DNA of 64,000 bases. It comes from Neoechinorhynchus agilis (taxonomy: Eukaryota > Animalia > Acanthocephala). Every line of letters starts with the position of its first letter. Positions within the stretch are counted from its first letter, which is position 1. Positions 14,301-24,929 of this stretch are shown here, one piece after another. The position numbers and the translations under genes were made by a program. Location: assembly GCA_051530055.1 (NCBI GenBank), contig CM121342.1, positions 9,439,480 through 9,503,479 of the forward strand. Direction: 5' to 3'. Under the pieces are notes generated by a model that was not told the origin of the DNA, ran no database searches, and saw only the letters and a program-made list of their open reading frames with translations.

Positions 14301-15329
14301 TGGACCACTGAAAGTCGTTCCTTTATCATATGGGAAGGTATAAATAAAATCAAACTTTACTCACAAAAATGAACTTGTCTAGGTTGAGATTTATAGTCGT
14401 GTTCAAGAAAATGACCCTTATCATTTTAATATGGGTTCTGGACAAAGAAAAGAGTATATGTTTTTGGGTAATGGAATCACGGATGCGTATGGAAATCTAA
14501 GTTATCATCTTAAAGAACGATTGCTATTCGGTTCATATGACGTTAAGATAATTGTTAGTGCCGACAATTCGACAGTTGAATTCGGTGTATATGTTGTCAA
14601 TCAAAACTCTAAAGCAGTTGTATTTGGTGTAGGACATGATTCTCGTCGGATGGGAACAATTTCCTAAATATGGATTTTCTCTAAAAGGAAATATTTTATC
14701 TGAAATTCATCGCTTTTTGTAATACCAAATTCTCGTTAAATATTCCGTGAATCATGATTAGATGGTTCATTAATGGCAAGTTTCTCCGTAAGAGGGAAAA
14801 ACGCAAAAGTCAGAGCTGCTGCTGTTGATTGTGTAAGGTTATCTTGGTTTTTTTTCACGCCAGAGGTTCACTTTAGATCATTTCTAATTTTATTAGGTAC
14901 TGGCAGCGTCTTGGATACTCAATAATATACTTGAGCGGTCGTCCAAAAGCACAACAAGCAAGACTTCAATACTGGCTATCAGTTCATAACTTCCCTCGTG
15001 GTCCACTCTTGTTGTCAGAAGGAATATCTCCGCACGATAGTCGTCACAAAAAACTGAATTTACTGAGACAATTATGTATAAATGCCCAAATCACTACTAT
15101 TCATGCTGCTTATGGTTCGCAGAAAGACGTGAATATCTTTAGAGATTGTGGGCTACAAGTTGAGAATATCTTTGTGGTCAACAAATGTGGTTCAGTGGTT
15201 TGTGTGAACCAAGAAAGGAGCGACTCGTCGACTACTGTATCAGAGCACCGAGACAATCAACTCATGTCTTTGCCCAATGGATACACTCAACACCTTTACA
15301 ACTTATCGGATATGTTCAGCGACAATTGA
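11335..15329 (+). CDS. rdgB: Membrane-associated phosphatidylinositol transfer protein (rdgB/PITPNM: PITP, DDHD, LNS2), multi-exon
   Basis: MLIKEYRIVMPLSIAEYQRAQLY, EYSWNAYPYTKT, MCAYKLCRIEFKCWGLQSRVERFI, DDHD motifs (LFCLGS, DPSASRVEP, RLDY, SSYWE) and LNS2 motifs (DGSL, SGRP, AAYGSQKD). Confidence 0.93.
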
Positions 15330-15502
15330 TGGTTACAATCTCAAGCAAAAAATCAGTGTTGCAGGATTGTCTAATAAAACCTAATGTTTATTGAGATTAC
15401 TAATTTTGTATCAGGAGTCTAATGTCGCTTATCATTTTTAAGAAATTTCTTTATCTCTCATACTTAGGAAATCGCTGAATAGTCGTTTACTTTGTTACCC
15501 TC

Positions 15503-18020
15503 TCACAAGTATTCACGACCATCATCATCATAGTCATCTTCTTCAATGGCGTTCATTGCAACCTCCTCATAATCTCTCTCAAGAGCTGATAGATTTTGTC
15601 TTGCTTCAGTGAATTCGCCTTCCTCCATTCCTTCACTTACGTACCAATGGACAAAAGCTCTTCTCGAAAACAGCAAATCGAATTTGTGGCCAAGTCTTCC
15701 CCAAGCTTCGGCTATAGCAGTAGTGTTGCTAAGTGCACAAAGAGCTCGATTAACACGAGCCATATCGCTACCACGAACAACAGTTGGGCATTGATAGTTG
15801 ATGCCAACCTTAAATCCCGTCGGACACCAATCAACGAACTCAACTCCAATTCGGCGTTTCAGATTTTCAATAGCAGCCGTAACATCCTTTGGTAGCACAT
15901 CTCCACGGTATAAAAGGCAACAGGCCATATATTTACCATGCCTTGGTTCACATTTAACCAATCGATTCGATACGTCAAAACACGAACTCGTGATTTCCTG
16001 GACGCTGAGTTGTTCGTGAAAAGCGCTTTCTGCAGATACAATCGGGGCGTAGGAAGCGAGAGGAAAGTGGATACGTGGATAAGGAACGAGGTTGGTCTGG
16101 AACTCATTAATGTCTACGTTCAACGCTCCATCAAACCGAAGGGAAGCAGTGATTGAGCTCACAACTTGGCCTATCAAGCGATTAAGATTGGTGTAGGTAG
16201 GACGCTCTGTTCGTAAGTTTCGACAACAAATGTTAAAAATCGCTTCGTTGTCGACCATAAATGAACAATCCGCAAATTCTTGAGTACTGTGGGCAGTCAG
16301 AATAGCATTGTAGGGCTCAACTATACTGACTGAAACGGCTACAAGAAGTGCCACAATTAAAAATGGATTTTTTTATCGAATTGTAGTCCAAAAAATTGTA
16401 TTTTTTGAACCCTTTGCAACCAAATGTTTTTTGCTTATTCTTAAATCAGATGCACGTCAAAACAAAAAGGTCTCAAAAACATATTGGAGAAATACAAAAA
16501 AAAGCGACAATGATTCCCAAGTAAATAGATTTTGAGAGGTATTTTTTGATTTTCAACGTGGACACGACGAATAGAAAAATTTATTTTGCACTAAGTAGCA
16601 AACATTTTCTCCGCAAAGAAACTTCCAATGAATGATGACTCAAGTTGATTTTACAAAGATTTTGGTGCAAATTCGCAACAAAAACTAAAAAAATTGATGA
16701 AACTGAAAATTGTGCGAAATTAGCTCAATGTTCATTATTTCGACGTGGGTTCAACATAAATTGAAAATAAAATACAAAAATGTCGATATGTGAGGTACCG
16801 GGGGGAATGTGTTTGGAATTATTGTTTAGAAGTCTTCACCCGCGGTAAATGATTATTTATAAAAGACGTTCTTTGAACCTTGTCGGGTTCATCATCAGTT
16901 CTAAAATCTGATGAGGAACCCGGCGAGGTTCAAAACGTCTTTAATAAATAATCATTTACCAAGGGTGTAGACTTCTAAATAATAATTCCAAATGGCAAAA
17001 ATGTATCAAATTTGAAACCATATGAGGAATGTTCTCCAAAAAAATCCCAAACTCTAAGCCAATTTAAGCGATTCCTCGTACTTTTTCTCTCTAAAGCATC
17101 ATTTTGAGAAATTAGCAATTTCCTCGCTCTCTCTCTCACTTCGTTTCTCACTATAGACGAAAGTGGCAAATATAAAGGATCAAATAACGAATTTCAATGA
17201 CAAATGCAAAGCTCACTGCTGTACATCTAGAAGATCTCTCTCACTATGCGAAAAACGGCTTTATAACTTTCACTTTTATCTCGAAACACTTGTAAAATAA
17301 CCTGCTGAGGAAGTCCGACGAGACACAAAAAGTCAATGTCCATTTTATAGAAACAAGAAGTTTGTTTAGAGTAGAAACCAAAAGAAGAAGATCGAATTAA
17401 CCCGCCATTGACACCGTTCACGGTCAGCTGTGTGCTACACAAGTTGAAGTTTGTGGTGCTGGATAAACAATAAGTTCCAGTTTGGGTTTTTTCTCGAACT
17501 CAGCATGAATTCGTTGCATAAGAAGAGAAGTGAATCCGGATCCTGTGCCACCTCCGAAGCTATGGAAAAACATAAAACCTTGGAGGCCATCACAAGCTTC
17601 GGTCATTCTTCTAAGACGACTCATGACTGGTTTAATGATACTTTTACCAACTGAGAAATGTCCACGAGCGTAATTGTTAGCAGCATCTTCCATTCCGGTA
17701 ATCAATTGTTCAGGATGAAAGAGGTCTCTATAAGAACCGGTTCTTATTTCGTCAATCACTGAAGGTTCAAGATCGGCCATGATGGCACGTGGAACATGTT
17801 TGCAATTGCCGGTTTCACTAAAGAACGTTTCATACGAACTATCACGATTCCTAGCGTTTCTCGGTGAACGATTTGACGATTCAGTACTTAAACAACAACA
17901 AGAAGAAGCCATTCGCATCCCATTGTTCTCGAGGCCATGTTCAAGGCAATACAGCTCCCAACATGCATTTCCAATTTGAACTCCAGCTTGACCAATATGA
18001 ATGCTTATAACTTCACGCAT
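15503..18020 (-). CDS. TUBA: Alpha-tubulin (divergent isotype), two exons with a ~1.1 kb intron
   Basis: [81 protein letters not shown]. First ATG of the conserved start is at 18020. Confidence 0.95.
16812..16992. repeat. Intronic foldback (about 86 bp arms, 9 nt loop) with two hammerhead-like relics
   Basis: 16812-16898 is a near-perfect reverse complement of 16908-16992. Each arm reads CTGATGA, a stem-loop, then AAC-GTC-TTT. Confidence 0.85.
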
Positions 18021-18200
18021 CTTAAAAGTGGTAAACAAACGGAGAGAGAGAGCGGTTGGAAAATTTTGTACGATATGTCAGCTCGTTCGACTTTCCGTGC
18101 GCCGCACTCATGTCCAATATTTAGGACATAGTTCGGTTGCTTAGCAACCAATAAAAGGGGAAATGGGGTTTGTGTTAGTGTGTCGTAGACAATAATCGCA
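18021..18200. promoter_or_regulatory. Putative bidirectional promoter between the two tubulin genes
   Basis: Start codons diverge 180 bp apart; a CCAAT motif is present. Function is inferred from geometry. Confidence 0.45.
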
Positions 18201-19586
18201 ATGAGTGAATGCATTTGTGTTCATATTGGCAATTTTGGAATTCGATCAGGTCAAAGTGTATGGAAACAACTTTGCTTCGACAATAAAATCGGAGCTGATG
18301 GATGCGGATGTGCCAGAGACGACTCAAAATCGTTTTTCTCAGAGTCAATGTGCGGCCACTATACACCTCATGCGTTACTTTTAGACATTGATCAAACGAG
18401 TTTTCATGAACTGAACACTGGTGCATTTCGTCACTTTTTTTCCAATGAATCAATCGTCAATATTGAATCCAATAGCACCGGGGGCAGTTTTGCACTCGGA
18501 TGTTCAGATAAAGATGGTCGAAAAAAAAGAGAATTTGATTTTAGTCTAAGAAGGGCAATTGAGCGATATGATCGCCTAGGACATTGTTTTGTGTTCAATG
18601 CTTTATCGGGTGGAACAGGATCGGGGTTAGGGACGCTGGTGATAAATCGATTGGAAAAAACGTTAGGACCGAAGGTAACCAAAGGACAGTTTGCGCTTTA
18701 TCCCTCTGATGAACACATTGGGAATCCATTGGCGGCCTATAACGCAGTCTTTCATGAATTTTTCACTAAAGGTGCCTGTGATTGGGTTATAGGACTTGAC
18801 AATACATCCCTAGCGAGAATTTGTACGAGAGAGAAGAGAGATTTTTTGGCCTTTTCTTCATAAAAAACACTCTCTGCTCTTAATATGGCGAATCTTCGAA
18901 TACAAAATCCAAGATTCGCAAATTTCAATCGACTCATATCGCAAGTTATGGCATCAATCAGCATATGCAGTCGATCTGCTGGGAAAAGAATTGGAAATAT
19001 AGTTGATCTGGGTGATGTTCTATCAAGTGCAGTACCCATAAGACGGATGCATCATCTAAGCGTTTCATATGGACCACTCCGTCCAATTTTAGCTACGAAT
19101 CTCGTCCCGTTGAAAACAATTGATATTATTAAAAGTGTATTTGCTGTAGGAAATCAAATGATTTCATTCGATCCTCGTCTAGGATCTTACTTATCTTGTG
19201 TTTTAATAAACTGCGGTCATCAAAGCCCGGGTGAAATCGATGAAGCAATCTTAACAATTAAGAAACGACGACCTCCACGATTTGCTGACTGGATTCCCAA
19301 TGTTTTTAGATGGACTGCTTGCTTGAATCCACCATCGATCATGCCAGGCGAAATCGCACCAAGCAACAAATCTGTATGCATGATCGGAAACTCAACTGCA
19401 ATCTCACAAATATGGACTTCTCTTTACGATCGATTTGAGGTAATGGCACGACGAGCATTTTTTACTCGTACTTTCGTCGAGTACGGATTCGAGCAGGAGG
19501 ATTTTATATCAGCTCTGCAGAATATAAAGGATTTAGAAGGCGATTATGAAGATACACGGAGAAAAGATTATAGTCAAAAGAGTTGA
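18201..19586 (+). CDS. Highly divergent alpha-like tubulin; two in-frame ORFs joined across a ~60 nt intervening sequence
   Basis: MSECICVHIG, LSGGTGSGLG, LDN, NFNRLISQV, RFADWIP, NSTAI, RRAF and EGDYE are collinear with alpha-tubulin. Confidence 0.85.
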
Positions 19587-20039
19587 TAATTTTACCGATT
19601 TTTTTGTAAAATTTATGAATTTTAATAACTTTGAAACGTGCAGCAGAATCGCGCAAATCGAGGTTTCTTAATTTTCAAGAGTATTCGGAACACGTTTCCA
19701 ACGTCTAAATTTTTTTCAAGATACGTGCCAGAAGATTTGCGCTCCAAAGATTTCTTTTTATACGCAATGAATTCATTCTCAAAAACAAAATGACATTGAT
19801 TTTTCATTGAGGTATACTCGTAGATATAAAATTTCGACACATCTCTTACTTCTCAATTTCTTTTCAGGATCAGTTTTCAACTGCGCTTAGCTTTTGTGGA
19901 TCTTTTCCAAACACAACAAAGTAACTCTCATTTCAAATAAATTTGCAAATAAAATGAAAATGATTTATGATCTAAGTTCACTCGTGGATATAAAATTTCT
20001 GCATCTACTTTACTTCACACCTTTAAGATCCGTATTCAA

Positions 20040-21870
20040 CAATGAAAATTTGAATGAGATTTGGATTGAGTTCATGATTTTTTGGCGTCAATGAGAATTT
20101 GTATGAGATTTGGATTGAGTTCAAGACTTGTTTCAGTTTGTTCAAAGAACGAAGTCTCGGATTTTTTTATGAGATTTCGATCGAGTTCAAGATTTATTTC
20201 AGTATGTTCAGAGAATGCGTTCAATGAGAATTTGTATGAGATTTCGATTGAGTTCAAGACTTGATTTAGTTTGTTCAAAGAACGAAGTGAAAGAATTTTT
20301 TATGAGATTTCGATCGAGTTTAAGATTTATTGGAGTTTGTTCAGAGAATGAGTTCAATGAGAATTTGTATGAGATTTCGATCGAGTTCAAGATTTATTCG
20401 AGTTTGTTCAGAGAATGAGTTCAATGAGAATTTGTATGAGATTTCGATCGAGTTCAAGATTTATTTGAGTTTGTTCAGAGAATGAGTTCAATGAGAATTT
20501 GTATGAGATTTCGATCGAGTTCAAGATTTATTTGAGTTTTTTCAGAGAATGAGTTCAATGAGAATTTGTATGAGATTTCGATCGAGTTCAAGATTTATTT
20601 GAGTTTGTTCAGAGAATGAGTTCAATGAGAATTTGTATGAGATTTCGATCGAGTTCAAGATTTGGATTTGTTTTGAGAATGAGTTCAATGAGAATTTGTA
20701 TGAGATTTCGATCGAGTTCAAGATTTATTTGAGTTTGTTCAGAGAATGAGTTCAATGAGAATTTGTATGAGATTTCGATCAAGTTCAAGATTTATTTGAG
20801 TTTGTTCAGAGAATGAGTTCAATGAGAATTTGTATGAGATTTCGATCGAGTTCAAGATTTATTTGAGTTTTTTCAGAGAATGAGTTCAATGAGAATTTGT
20901 ATGAGATTTCGATCGAGTTCAAGATTTATTTGATTTTTTCAGAGAATGAGTTCAATGAGAATTTGTATGAGATTTCGATCGAGTTCAAGATTTATTTGAG
21001 TTTTTTCAGAGAATGAGTTCAATGAGAATTTGTATGAGATTTCGATCGAGTTCAAGATTTATTTGAGTTTGTTCAGAGAATGAGTTCAATGAGAATTTGT
21101 ATGAGATTTCGATCAAGTTCAAGATTTATTTGAGTTTGTTCAGAGAATGAGTTCAATGAGAATTTGTATGAGATTTCGATCAAGTTCAAGATTTATTTGA
21201 GTTTGTTCAGAGAATGAGTTCAATGAGAATTTGTATGAGTTTCGATCAAGTTCAAGATTTTTAGTTTTTCAGAGAATGAGTTCAATGAGAATTTATGAGA
21301 TTTCGATCAAGTTCAAGATTTATTGGAGTTTGTTCAAAGAACGAAGTCAAAATTTTTTATGAGATTTCGATCAAGTTCAAGATTTATTGGAGTTTGTTCA
21401 AAGAACGAAGTCAAGGAATTTTTATGAGATTTCGATCGAGTTCAAGATTTATTTGAGTTTGTTCAGAGAATGAGTTCAATGAGAATTTGTATGAGATTTC
21501 GATCGAGTTCAAGATTTATTAGAGTTTGTTCAGAGAATGAGTTCAATGAGAATTTGTATGAGATTTCGATCGAGTTCAAGATTTATTTGAGTTTTTTCAG
21601 AGAATGAGTTCAATGAGAATTTGTATGAGATTTCGATCAAGTTCAAGATTTATTGGAGTTTGTTCAAAGAACGAAGCCAAGGAATTTTTTATGAGATTTC
21701 GATCAAGTTCAAGATTTATTGGAGTTTGTTCAAAGAACGAAGCCAAGGAATTTTTTATGAGATTTCGATCAAGTTCAAGATTTATTGGAGTTTGTTCAAA
21801 GAACGAAGCCAAGGAATTTTTATGAGCTTTCGATCGAGTTCAAGATTTATTGGGGTTTGTTTTCGCGTTA
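20040..21870. repeat. Satellite array of 67 bp and 66 bp unit variants, roughly 27 copies
   Basis: AGAGAATGAGTTCAATG recurs every 67 bp (20343, 20410, 20477...). A 66 bp variant with AAGAACGAAG(T/C)CAAGG occurs near the edges. Confidence 0.95.
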
Positions 21871-22339
21871 ATTTTGAAAAGACATCAAACTAATTTGGTG
21901 AACGTATTTAGCGCGATTTTATGAAGCGATTATCTCGCGATTTCTAATTAACAAACCTAATCTCATTACGTTTCTATAACAAACTGACCAATCATTGAAG
22001 TATTTTTTAATTTGAACATAAATGGGCGGGAAATTTCATCCAAGAATCTAATCCCAACTTTATGCCTCATTTATCGGTGATTTGCAATTAAAGAAAAATA
22101 ATTTCACGAAAACATCAATCGGTGAATTCCCGGTACAGACACCGCTTTCTTCTCTCTTCTTTACCTCATGAATACTCAGCCCCATGAGCCGAATACATTT
22201 TAAACAATTTGTCCTAAGATCTCCTTAATTTGGCTAAGGATGCCGGACATCCAATGGAGATTGAATCTTATAAACCGCGGGTACCGGCGATTCCCATTCT
22301 ATATAAATCCGTTTCGGATACCGGATATATAAAAAACAA

Positions 22340-23460
22340 TAGAATCCTTGCTCTCTCTTTTTCGTGCCCTTTTATCATTTTTAGCATTTAATATCTTAGC
22401 GGCTTTCAGTCTTTTTCCGTTCGGATATTCACATTTGTCGCTTCGCTTAGAATGCCGGATATTTAGAGCACTGAAATCCTTGCTTTCTTTTCGGTCCCCT
22501 TTCCTCGTTGATTTTATTAAGAACTTTGGCTCTGTTCATCTTTTTCCAATCGGATTTCCACATTTCTCCATTCGCTTAGAATGCCGGATATTTAGAACAC
22601 TGAAATCCTTGCTCTTTTTTTAGTGCCCTTTCCTCGTTTTTTGCATTTTTTTCAATCGGATTTCCACATTTGTCCATTCGCTTAGAATGCCGGATATTTA
22701 GAACACTGAAATCCCTGCTCTCTTTTTAGTGCCCTTTCAGCATTTAATATCTTAGCGGCTTTCCATCTTTTTCCGTTCGAATATTCACATTTGTCGCTTC
22801 GCTTGGAATGCCGGATATTTAGAGCACTGAAATCCTTGCTTTCTTTTCGGTCCCCTTTTCTCGTCGTCTAAATTAAGAACTTTGGCCCCTTTTTATCTTT
22901 TTCCAATCGGATTTCCACATTTGTCAATCCGATTGGAATGCCGGATATTTACGGCACTGAAATCCTTGCTCTCTTTTTCGTACCCTTTCCTCGTTGTTAT
23001 TATTGAGAACTTTGGCCCATTTTTATCTTTTTCCGTTCAGATTTCTACATTTGTCAATCCGATAAGAATGCCGAATATTTTATGCACTGAAATCTTTTTT
23101 CTCTTTATCGTGCCCTTTTTATCGTTGTTTTGATTAAGAACCTTGGCTCCTTTCCATCTTTTTCCAATCGGATTTCCACATTTGTCAATCCGATAAGAAT
23201 GCCGGATATTTAAGGCACTGAAATCCTTGCTCTCTTTTTCGTGTAATTGTTTCGTTTTTTGCATTTAATACCTTAGCGGCTTTCCATCTTTTTCCAATCG
23301 GATTTCCACATTTGTCAATCCGATAAGAATGCCGGATATTTTGAGCACTATAATTTTTTTTCTCTTTACCGTGCCTTTTTATCTTTATTTTCATTTATAA
23401 CCTTTTCGCCTTTCCCTCTTTTTTCATTTTCATTTCCTTCACATTTGTCGATTAAATGGA
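22340..23460. repeat. Tandem array, about 130 bp unit, about 8 copies
   Basis: GAATGCCG(G/A)ATATTT at 22450, 22579, 22685, 22806, 22936, 23066, 23197 and 23327. Confidence 0.92.
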
Positions 23461-23628
23461 TATGATTCTTTTAAAAACATCGAGATGACAAAATACCGTC
23501 TTTCGTCTCGGTGTGATTTACTCGAATCTAAAAGGGCAACTATTGCGTAATTCTCTAGAGAATTGCTTTAAAGAACCGCATAGACTCATGCTCATGCCCA
23601 TCAACGCATTGAGCATTTCTTTTCAGAT

Positions 23629-24672
23629 ATGGTTAGAGCTCGCAAGCGCACTGCGGAAGGAAAAGCGGTTCATAGGAAGGTTCCATTAGGTTCGGAATAT
23701 CAGGCCGACATTCCTGACCTCATTACAGAATCTCATTCCACTATTGACGACTGCCTAAATGCAGAGTATGATCCTGAGATATTCGAAAGGGTTGATCAAG
23801 ACGAATTCGACGATTATTTGGAATTCGCGCTGCACTTTGTAGACCATGAGTGTGCGTTTGAAACGTTCAAAATGGCAGACTTAGACTTGTGTAGGGCTCG
23901 ACAATTGATTGAGGATAAGGCTAAGCGCGACAATGAGTCCATTAAGAAGTATTTTCAAACTCATCTGAACAGCGAAGATAAACCAAGTGAAGATTACGCC
24001 AAAGTGACTGAAGCTGAGATATGCAATTTGGATATCTTTAAAGTACAAGGATTGAACCGTTCTGTTTATTTGCGAGGTCGTAGTCAGTTGCAACAGTTAT
24101 ATTATCAACGAAAAGCGAGGAATAAAAGGTACAGTTTTCTAGAGATGACAATGGGTTATTCAGCGGAGCAAGCTGTTTATTTTAAAGAAGGAAAGTCGTG
24201 TGTTCGAAAGCATTCTGTAAAAATTCCCAATGTGGAAAGATGTTCAAAATGTTGGAATTATGTAAGAGCGAGCGACGATGAATGTCCTCCTAACCCATGT
24301 GGGAAGTGTCCTGGCAAAGATTTACCCGGATGCTTTGATGTTTTGTTCGACAGCGAAGTTTTTAAGCAATTCGTCGAAGCGGATTCATATGAAAGATTTG
24401 AACTTAAAAATGAAGCTGAATTAGATATAAGGCAACATCGGAGACGAATCGATCGATTGATGGAGAAGCTAGACAGCTTTAGGATTAATGAAAATCTGGA
24501 TACGATGACTACCGATTGGACTGATGAAGAGCTGAAAATGACTCGGGAATTTATAGACGCTGGTGCTGATGCCGGTGAAGTGTTTGAGCTCTTCGAAGGC
24601 GAAAAGTCAAAAGACAGTATTCAACGGGTATTAAAGGATTTTTATGCAAGGAAGACTAATTCAGATTGTTGA
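23629..24672 (+). CDS. Intronless ELM2-domain protein with a Cys cluster and a C-terminal SANT/Myb-like repeat (corepressor-like)
   Basis: 347 aa ORF; VPLGSEYQADIPDL matches the ELM2 start; CSKC-x15-CGKC; WTDEELK resembles SANT helix 1. Confidence 0.65.
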   Translation: MVRARKRTAEGKAVHRKVPLGSEYQADIPDLITESHSTIDDCLNAEYDPEIFERVDQDEFDDYLEFALHFVDHECAFETFKMADLDLCRARQLIEDKAKRDNESIKKYFQTHLNSEDKPSEDYAKVTEAEICNLDIFKVQGLNRSVYLRGRSQLQQLYYQRKARNKRYSFLEMTMGYSAEQAVYFKEGKSCVRKHSVKIPNVERCSKCWNYVRASDDECPPNPCGKCPGKDLPGCFDVLFDSEVFKQFVEADSYERFELKNEAELDIRQHRRRIDRLMEKLDSFRINENLDTMTTDWTDEELKMTREFIDAGADAGEVFELFEGEKSKDSIQRVLKDFYARKTNSDC

Positions 24673-24929
24673 CATTGTGTAAATTGTTTCCAAAGATGTT
24701 TGTTTGCCGCTAATGTTTCTCATCGTGAGAACTCATTTTTAAATGTTACATTGTCTATGCAGTTTTATTTTCTTTGAGGGCTTTTGCTATTAACTGGGTA
24801 AATTCATTTAATGGTTTATTTCTCCAACGTTTAAGTACCTCCCTTTTCCAGTTCGGACGTAAAAAGTAATTGTTGGAATCCTGAACTAATCGAGATTTTT
24901 AGACTGCTTTTACGGCGAATATAAATGGG

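Noticed and set aside
18885-19586. Tubulin split into two independent genes (second ORF has its own ATG)
   Set aside because: Not excluded, but the 60-nt gap matches local intron size and its removal restores collinearity, so it is treated as an intron.
20072-23394. Repetitive ORFs in the ORF track (e.g. SSRFIGVCSKNEAKEFFMRFR)
   Set aside because: They are translations of satellite units, broken by frameshifts wherever unit length changes.
24515-24545. CTGATGA...GAAA hammerhead-like string
   Set aside because: It lies in the ELM2 ORF (TDEELK codons) and lacks stems I and III.
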